Virus record (IMG/VR): IMGVR_UViG_3300002092_000022
Coordinates: 1-32,889 of that record
DNA: 32,889 bases
Direction: 5' to 3' (one strand)
Source: a virus
Positions 23,861 through 29,187 of this stretch are shown piece by piece. Position numbers and translations under genes: made by a program. Each line of letters begins with the position of its first letter. Within the stretch, counting starts at the first letter, position 1. The notes below the pieces were generated by a model. The model saw only the letters and a program-made list of their open reading frames with translations. It was not told the origin of the DNA and ran no database searches.

Positions 23861-24505
23861 TTACTTGATTAGCAGGTTAAGCCCTAACGCGACTAAAGAA
23901 ATAAAGAAGGCGACTGAAGCTAATACAAGTGGTACTTTGCTTTGCTCGTTAGAAGGAATATGGTAAAACACAGGATTGACCAATTTAACTTCATCATCCT
24001 GCTTCTCTTTAACATTCCACTCAATGTAGCTTTCGTCAGCACAGATGTGCTTTACGCGAAGTTGACCGACCTCGCTGAATTTATCGTAGGCACCAGGGCT
24101 CCAGGTCTTCCAAGTCTCACCATCATCAGTTGAATACTCGGTAAGCGGATCATTAGCAATCGCATAAGCATCGTGATCACAAGAAGCATTGGACTTCTTG
24201 GATTCCCTAAGAGCAGCGCCAATCTCATCGAGGAATGAGAAGTAGATATCGCCGTTAATACCGGTGAGCTTTACAATATACGACACGGGAGTAGATTCGA
24301 TTTTGATTACACCAATAGAGTGAAGGAAATCCCCTTCCTCAACCGTGAGACCTGAAGGAAGAATAAAGTTGGGCTCGGTATTAGGTGATAATTCTTCTAA
24401 GGCAATCTCAATGTCATCCAAATCTTCTTGAACATGATCGATGAATGCTTGTATTTCTAACTTAGCTTCTTTACTTAATGGCGCCGCTACTTTTGCTTCA
24501 CTCAT
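23861..24505 (-). CDS. Tail-anchored membrane protein, unknown function.
   Basis: 214 aa with an acidic N-terminus and a C-terminal TM segment (VPLVLASVAFFISLVALGLNLLI). Confidence 0.6.
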   Translation of the reverse strand: MSEAKVAAPLSKEAKLEIQAFIDHVQEDLDDIEIALEELSPNTEPNFILPSGLTVEEGDFLHSIGVIKIESTPVSYIVKLTGINGDIYFSFLDEIGAALRESKKSNASCDHDAYAIANDPLTEYSTDDGETWKTWSPGAYDKFSEVGQLRVKHICADESYIEWNVKEKQDDEVKLVNPVFYHIPSNEQSKVPLVLASVAFFISLVALGLNLLIK

Positions 24506-24596
24506 TTTCTTTGCCTCTCTTATTTCTGTCGGGGATGTTTTTTGTTATACTTGTTATACTTCGGCTTAGTCGTCTGCGAGAATGTCGTCCCAGTTA

Positions 24597-24731
24597 CTAG
24601 AACCCCACACACCACTCTTTGCGGAAGCAGCGCTGATTGATCCGCGCTTGGGCACTTGCTGATGCTGCGATACTTGAATCGATCTTTACTGCTGCGCTTT
24701 TTACTGACTGTGTATTTGATGCTGCGTTCAT
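24597..24731 (-). CDS. Possible 44-aa protein, a shortened form of track ORF 24597..24809.
   Basis: The internal ATG at 24731 has AAGGGAAACAAA upstream. The longer ORF would begin inside the promoter-like motif at 24777-24796. Confidence 0.4.
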   Translation of the reverse strand: MNAASNTQSVKSAAVKIDSSIAASASAQARINQRCFRKEWCVGF

Positions 24732-24776
24732 TTTGTTTCCCTTTTCTCTCTTTGTAGTAGCTCTCTGCCCTACACC

Positions 24777-24796
24777 TGATCTATCGGCGTGAATTT
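24777..24796 (-). promoter_or_regulatory. Motif i, copy 4: AAATTCACGCCGATAGATCA.
   Basis: 49 nt upstream of the ATG at 24731. Confidence 0.6.
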
Positions 24797-24827
24797 CAAG
24801 AAATCGCAAGAAATCTCAAAAATCTTT

Positions 24828-25688
24828 TTATAGGTTTTCGGACTCAAGATCCCAGTCACGCTTCTCATCCGCGGCTAGTGCACCCTTAAGAGGCTTATTG
24901 GCGAACAGAGTGTTGAGAGCCAGAGTGATTCGATTTCCGTTGATGTTTTGACCGTTTCTAGCCAGCCAGTTAATTGCTTTAGAGAGAGCTTCTATTGAAG
25001 GCTTGTATTCCTCTGGGCGGTCATCTTCTAGGATCAGTTTTATTTGCCTAATAACTGCTTTTTGGGATTCCCCTGATTGTTTTGCGTATGGCAACCAATT
25101 TTCATAAGCAATCTTCTTCGCGATCACATCAGCAGAATGAGGGGTTTCTCTCGTTATATGACTCTGGTTATATGACTCTGATTTGTACCGCACTGGTGCG
25201 GGGTTCGGTTCCGCATCCTTGCGGGGTTCGGTTCCGCATCCTTGCGGATCCTTAGCACGTCCAGCAAGGTTGCGTGCCACGTCTTCGGCTGGAACCCCGG
25301 CGATCAACTCAACTTCTTGAGCCTCTTCTTCAACGGTTTCAGTAGCAGTATTAGGGTTCACCCAGGTAGCCGGGCGAGCGGAGCGCACTGTGTATAGGTT
25401 GCTTGTCCACTCGTTGCCGTCTTTGCGTTGTTGCTTGCAGGTAAGAGCGCCGATTGCCATTAGTTCTTTAGCGGCACGTGCAACGGTATCTATTGAGCAT
25501 CGCATTCTATTTGCGAGTGTTTCTTGCTTTGGGAAGCAGGTGCCCTGTGCGTTGGCGTAGCGATTCAATAGTGCATATAAGCGGATTGCATTAGCTGAGA
25601 TATCGGAATCCAGAATCCATTCCGGCAAGATTGCGAAGTATTCATCAGCATTGAGTTTGTGTTGCTTCTTTGTTGATTCGGTGTTCAC
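24828..25688 (-). CDS. Replication initiator / replisome organiser candidate with an N-terminal winged-helix (HTH_36-like) domain.
   Basis: FAILPEWILDSDISANAIRLYALLNRYANAQGTCFPKQETLANRMRCSIDTVARAAKELMAIGAL. GTG start. Tandem repeats lie in its linker. Confidence 0.7.
   Translation of the reverse strand: MNTESTKKQHKLNADEYFAILPEWILDSDISANAIRLYALLNRYANAQGTCFPKQETLANRMRCSIDTVARAAKELMAIGALTCKQQRKDGNEWTSNLYTVRSARPATWVNPNTATETVEEEAQEVELIAGVPAEDVARNLAGRAKDPQGCGTEPRKDAEPNPAPVRYKSESYNQSHITRETPHSADVIAKKIAYENWLPYAKQSGESQKAVIRQIKLILEDDRPEEYKPSIEALSKAINWLARNGQNINGNRITLALNTLFANKPLKGALAADEKRDWDLESENL
25153..25180. repeat. Perfect 14-bp tandem duplication (GTTATATGACTCTG x2) inside the initiator gene.
   Basis: Read directly. 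The two copies are translated in different frames. Confidence 0.9.
25198..25243. repeat. Perfect 23-bp tandem duplication (GCGGGGTTCGGTTCCGCATCCTT x2, plus a partial third copy) inside the initiator gene.
   Basis: Read directly. Each unit contains short GCGG/CCGC inverted repeats. The copies are translated in different frames. Confidence 0.9.
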
Positions 25689-25731
25689 TTTGTATTCCCT
25701 TGATCATCTATAAGCCTCCCTGACCTACACT

Positions 25732-25751
25732 TGATCTATCGGCGTCAATTT
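25732..25751 (-). promoter_or_regulatory. Motif i, copy 5: AAATTGACGCCGATAGATCA.
   Basis: 47 nt upstream of the initiator GTG. It starts directly after the stop of the upstream gene. Confidence 0.65.
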
Positions 25752-26297
25752 CTATTTAGTGATGCGCTCTACCTTAATTATGTTGAAGGGAGCCATTACT
25801 TGATTACTGTGGTGTTCAGCTGCTTCTGCTACTTTGATGAGTTTCGTGCGAGCAGAGAATGTTGTTCCTTGTAGTGTGTGTAATCCGCCTAGAGCGAGTG
25901 TTTCGCCTGAACCAATGGCTTCATAGGGATCCAGGGATTCCCCGATGTGATAATCAGGTTGGACGTTAAAGATGTGTCCATCTAGTCCTACGAGGATTGG
26001 GTATAGCTCTCCATCGCTCTTGCGTAAGGCTGTTTTGATTGACTCGATGAAGGTTGTTCGCATGAAGCGTTCGATAGCGATTCGTCCTGTGTATACAGGC
26101 GGTTCCCATATGTGTTGAAGGATTTCACCTGTCCTAAATGATCCAGCGAAGCCGATGCCGTATTGACCGCGAATAAATACCTTGGGATCCTTTCGGACGC
26201 CTCTAATAATGTCGTCTTCTGTTGTCGGTATAGCGGCGCTATCTCCGAGCATATAAATGTTGCCTCGGGCATCTTTAATAGCGGCTATTAGTGTCAT
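25752..26297 (-). CDS. Proteasome beta / HslV-like Ntn-hydrolase.
   Basis: MT-LIAAIKDARGNIYMLGDSA (Thr1, Asp17), a candidate Lys33 equivalent in the RKDPKVF segment, and AIGSGETLALG (Ser129-Gly130 equivalents). Confidence 0.7.
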   Translation of the reverse strand: MTLIAAIKDARGNIYMLGDSAAIPTTEDDIIRGVRKDPKVFIRGQYGIGFAGSFRTGEILQHIWEPPVYTGRIAIERFMRTTFIESIKTALRKSDGELYPILVGLDGHIFNVQPDYHIGESLDPYEAIGSGETLALGGLHTLQGTTFSARTKLIKVAEAAEHHSNQVMAPFNIIKVERITK

Positions 26298-26315
26298 GGT
26301 GTTCCTCTCGATGCT

Positions 26316-26335
26316 CTATCTATCGGCATGAGTTT
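26316..26335 (-). promoter_or_regulatory. Motif i, copy 6: AAACTCATGCCGATAGATAG.
   Basis: 22 nt upstream of the Ntn-hydrolase ATG. Confidence 0.55.
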
Positions 26336-26402
26336 TTCTATTTGTTTTCCGTGTCTTTTCGCTGTTTCTTCTCGTGTCAGGCCAACCCAGTAGACTTGGT
26401 TT

Positions 26403-27302
26403 ATGGCAAACAAGGGGAGCGAGCGGGATCCCCTGCGGCCCTTCCTTCGTTGGGCTGGCGGTAAGCGGAAACTGCTACCGACGCTGTTGAGCCTTGTGCC
26501 AGAGGATCACTCTCCTAAGGCTCGCGTGTATGAGCCGTTTCTCGGAGGCGGTGCCTTCTCGATTGCGATGGCTTCCCAAGGGATACCAGGCAGGAGCCTC
26601 TACCTCAACGACAGCAACCCTGATTTAGTTTTGGCATACCAGGCAATCCGTGATGAGCCAAGGAAGTTGATGACCCGGCTCGACAAGATTTCTCAACATC
26701 TTAACCAGGACGAGTATTTAGCCGTCAGAGCAGCACGTCCGAAGGACTCAATTGAGAGAGCCGCTCGCTTCATCTACTTGAACCGAACTTGCTTTAATGG
26801 ACTATGGCGCGTCAATTCGTCTGGTGAATTCAATGTGCCTTTTGGCAAGCTTGATAATCCGCTTATCTATGATGCTGATAATTTTCTAGCGCTTCATCAA
26901 GTATTACAGAAGGCGACTGTTACCTCAGTCGGTTTTGCTAACGCAGTTGAGTCAGCGCGTCCGGGAGACCTTGTATACCTGGATCCTCCATACCTTCCAC
27001 TAACGACGACAGCTTCATTCTCTGCTTATGCGCGTGATGGATTTGGATTGCTTGATCATTATGCGCTTGCTGGAGTTATTGCTGGGCTTAGTGATCGCGG
27101 AGTTAAGGTGATCCTGTCTAACTCGGATACCCCTGCGACCCGCAAGATCTTCGGTGAAGTCTTGGACCTTCACACTATATCTGTAGCGCGGAGTATCTCT
27201 GCTAAGGCTTCTTCTCGCGGCAATGTTGGAGAATTGATCGGTGTTAACTATGCGATCCCGGTTGCATCAGCGCTGCGCGAAAGTAGGATTGCCTCCACTT
27301 AA
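26403..27302 (+). CDS. Dam-family (D12 class) N6-adenine DNA methyltransferase.
   Basis: FLRWAGGKRKLLP, EPFLGGGAF (AdoMet-binding motif) and LDPPY (catalytic motif). Confidence 0.9.
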   Translation: MANKGSERDPLRPFLRWAGGKRKLLPTLLSLVPEDHSPKARVYEPFLGGGAFSIAMASQGIPGRSLYLNDSNPDLVLAYQAIRDEPRKLMTRLDKISQHLNQDEYLAVRAARPKDSIERAARFIYLNRTCFNGLWRVNSSGEFNVPFGKLDNPLIYDADNFLALHQVLQKATVTSVGFANAVESARPGDLVYLDPPYLPLTTTASFSAYARDGFGLLDHYALAGVIAGLSDRGVKVILSNSDTPATRKIFGEVLDLHTISVARSISAKASSRGNVGELIGVNYAIPVASALRESRIAST

Positions 27303-27319
27303 CTTTCTTCGGAGGCGTA

Positions 27320-27766
27320 ATGGTTCCACGGGACACAACAACTGGAACCGCTTATGAAGCGATAGTCGAAACTTGTATCACTCGGGCATCCAAGAAGTAC
27401 GGCTACGATGCGCAGCAGCACGTCAATATCGGCGTGAAACCAGGTGGCGGTAATCATATTATCGACTGGGAATTATCGGATAAGAATGATCCTGATCGAC
27501 GTGCATTAGTATCTTGTAAGTATCAGGGAACCTCTGGAACCGCTGAAGAGAAGATCGCATATGAAGTAATCAAGTTGTTACACGCTATGAAGATGAATCC
27601 AATATACAAGCACGCGTGGCTTGTTATGGGCGGCACTGGTTGGAGTCCCGGCATGGTTGAGTTCGTTAAGAATCACTTGTTTGAATGGATACCGGAAGCC
27701 AAAGGGAAGATCACTATCTTCACTTCTACCGACGAGTTAGTTACTACCGAGATTCAGATACCCTAG
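27320..27766 (+). CDS. Small nuclease candidate (possible type II restriction endonuclease partner of the MTase).
   Basis: 148 aa, starts 17 nt after the MTase stop with GGAGG 5 nt upstream of its ATG. The IIDWE...LVSCKYQGTSGTAEEK stretch is loosely PD-(D/E)xK-like. The fold is not confirmed. Confidence 0.4.
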   Translation: MVPRDTTTGTAYEAIVETCITRASKKYGYDAQQHVNIGVKPGGGNHIIDWELSDKNDPDRRALVSCKYQGTSGTAEEKIAYEVIKLLHAMKMNPIYKHAWLVMGGTGWSPGMVEFVKNHLFEWIPEAKGKITIFTSTDELVTTEIQIP

Positions 27767-28459
27767 AGATGATTGCTTAATCTCTGCTTGAAGTATTTCT
27801 ATAGCTTCCGCTTCTAATTTTTTAACTGTTTCTACGTTCATCTGAAAACGTTTTGCTATTTCTGCTGTTGTCTTCATGCTTCCAGTAGTAAACCCAAAGC
27901 GAAGGTCAATCACCTTGCGTTGCCGTGGATTCAGGTGAACCAATGCCGCTCTGATTTCCCTATACATTTCTGCTGTCATGGCTTCCATCTCAGGCGTCTC
28001 CTCTTGATCGTTGTGTGAGTCGTATTTTTCGATTTCGATGAAGCCATCATGTTGATATGGCCAAAGTTCAATAACTTTCTTCTTGCTGAATTTTAAGTAA
28101 CTAGCTACAGCGTCAATCGTGTTATGCCCAAGTTTTACTGCTTCACGTATCTTGCGTAGTTCTGGTTCCAATTTATCTGGAATCCGTACAAGCAAAAGTG
28201 ATTTCTTATACTCATCATCTAACTCATACTTGATGATCAATCGCGCGTATGCGGAGAAAGGACCGCGAGTCTTATCCCACTTCTGAGCAGCAAGACAGAG
28301 CCCTATATATGCTTGAGAGGTTAGTTGCTGGTTCTCCAGGTCATCTTGATAACCACCGGTTTTCTTCCAGTAACTTTTAGCCATCGACTCAGCAATCCAG
28401 AGGTTCTCTTCTACCAGTGCTTGCTGTGCCTTAGTGAGCTTCTTTGGATTACTGGGCAT
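27737..28459 (-). CDS. Sigma-70 family sigma factor, group 3 (FliA/SigD/WhiG-like in size and architecture).
   Basis: Region 2 (LVEENLWIAESMAKSY...AYIGLCLAAQKWDKTRGPFSAYARLIIKYEL), region 3 (VRIPDKLEPELRKIREAV) and region 4 (LNPRQRKVIDLRFGF...TAEIAKRFQMNVETVKKLEAEAIEIL). Confidence 0.85.
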   Translation of the reverse strand: MPSNPKKLTKAQQALVEENLWIAESMAKSYWKKTGGYQDDLENQQLTSQAYIGLCLAAQKWDKTRGPFSAYARLIIKYELDDEYKKSLLLVRIPDKLEPELRKIREAVKLGHNTIDAVASYLKFSKKKVIELWPYQHDGFIEIEKYDSHNDQEETPEMEAMTAEMYREIRAALVHLNPRQRKVIDLRFGFTTGSMKTTAEIAKRFQMNVETVKKLEAEAIEILQAEIKQSSLGYLNLGSN

Positions 28460-28691
28460 AGGTTTGGACAGGATTCACCGTGAAGTAATCCGACATCTTC
28501 AAGTCAGCACCGAGGAGATCTTCTAGTTGCTGAGCGAAGATTGGGATGAAGCTATCTAGCGGTTGGTCGCTTAGGTTCGCATCGGTTGCCTGGTAGGTAA
28601 AGGTTCGATACTCGATTTCCTTTACGCGGTTCTCGACATCTTCTCTGAATCGTGCGCTATCAAAAGTAGCGTCTACCATCTCAACTGCCAT
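28449..28691 (-). CDS. Acidic 80-aa protein, unknown function, co-transcribed with the sigma factor.
   Basis: Overlaps the sigma gene start by 11 nt. AGGAGG lies 6 nt upstream of its ATG. Confidence 0.55.
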   Translation of the reverse strand: MAVEMVDATFDSARFREDVENRVKEIEYRTFTYQATDANLSDQPLDSFIPIFAQQLEDLLGADLKMSDYFTVNPVQTYAQ

Positions 28692-28703
28692 TGCGTGCCT
28701 CCT

Positions 28704-28724
28704 ATATAGGTGTGTTACCTATAT
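28704..28724. promoter_or_regulatory. 8-5-8 palindrome ATATAGGT-GTGTT-ACCTATAT (operator candidate).
   Basis: Read directly. It lies between the promoter-like motif at 28721-28740 and the RBS of the 80-aa/sigma operon. Confidence 0.55.
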
Positions 28725-28740
28725 CTATCGGCATCGCTTT
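28721..28740 (-). promoter_or_regulatory. Motif i, copy 7: AAAGCGATGCCGATAGATAT.
   Basis: 33 nt upstream of the ATG of the 80-aa/sigma operon. TAAA lies 16 nt upstream of GCCGATAG. Confidence 0.6.
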
Positions 28741-28766
28741 TATAATTCTTTATAGTTTTTAGATTT

Positions 28767-28793
28767 GTTAGATATGTTAGATATGTTAGATAT
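28767..28793. repeat. Three perfect tandem copies of GTTAGATAT.
   Basis: Read directly. A degenerate TAGAT lies just upstream at 28760-28764. The last copy ends on the first base of the xis stop-codon triplet (28793-28795). Confidence 0.85.
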
Positions 28794-28978
28794 CAGTAAT
28801 CCGCCCCAGCGTCGGCCCACTTAGCAAGGTAGTTGTCGATGTCCTCGCGTGTGTAGCGGACGAGTCGTCCTATGCGATGGCAGGGGAAGATTCCCATTGT
28901 CGTGTGACGCCGGATAGTGATGAGGCTGAGGTTTAGAAGTGTTGCTACCTGGTCTGCTGTGTATGCGATGTTTTCCAT
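28793..28978 (-). CDS. xis: Excisionase-family HTH (MerR/AlpA-like) DNA-binding protein.
   Basis: YTADQVATLLNLSLITIRRHTTMGIFPCHRIGRLVRYTREDIDNYL. Adjacent to attP and int. Confidence 0.7.
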   Translation of the reverse strand: MENIAYTADQVATLLNLSLITIRRHTTMGIFPCHRIGRLVRYTREDIDNYLAKWADAGADY

Positions 28979-29027
28979 ACGGCAGCCATCGGCGCCCTGT
29001 TACACTCAGCCAGCGAAAAAAAGACTG

Positions 29028-29049
29028 TTGCCCTATCTTTTGCCCTATC
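29028..29049 (+). repeat. Left arm repeats: TTGCCCTATC x2, 12-bp period.
   Basis: Read directly (29028-29037 and 29040-29049). Confidence 0.85.
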
Positions 29050-29111
29050 TACGGACATGCCCTGATATCTCAGGACATCTCAAGATAGAAAAAGCAGTAA
29101 ATATCGCTATT

Positions 29112-29157
29112 GCGCTCGTAGCTCAACGGATAGAGCTTCTGACTTCGGATCAGTGGG
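29112..29157 (+). other. tRNA-Arg(UCG)-like 5' half: acceptor 5' strand, D arm and anticodon arm. No T arm.
   Basis: GCGCTCG-TA-GCTC-AACGGATA-GAGC-T-TCTGA-CTTCGGA-TCAGT. The downstream sequence has no T arm or acceptor 3' strand. Confidence 0.65.
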
Positions 29158-29187
29158 TTTACTTAGAGATTAAGTTGATAAGAAACT

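Noticed and set aside
24732-24809. The long 70-aa version of ORF 24597-24809.
   Set aside because: Its first 26 codons cover the conserved promoter-like motif (24777-24796) and the leader. The internal ATG at 24731 has a purine-rich RBS. Even the short form is only a tentative gene.
28760-28795. Short tandem repeats near 28767-28793 and 25153-25243, considered as a possible CRISPR-like array.
   Set aside because: The units are contiguous with no spacers, are only 9-23 bp long and occur in 2-3 copies. There are no cas genes.
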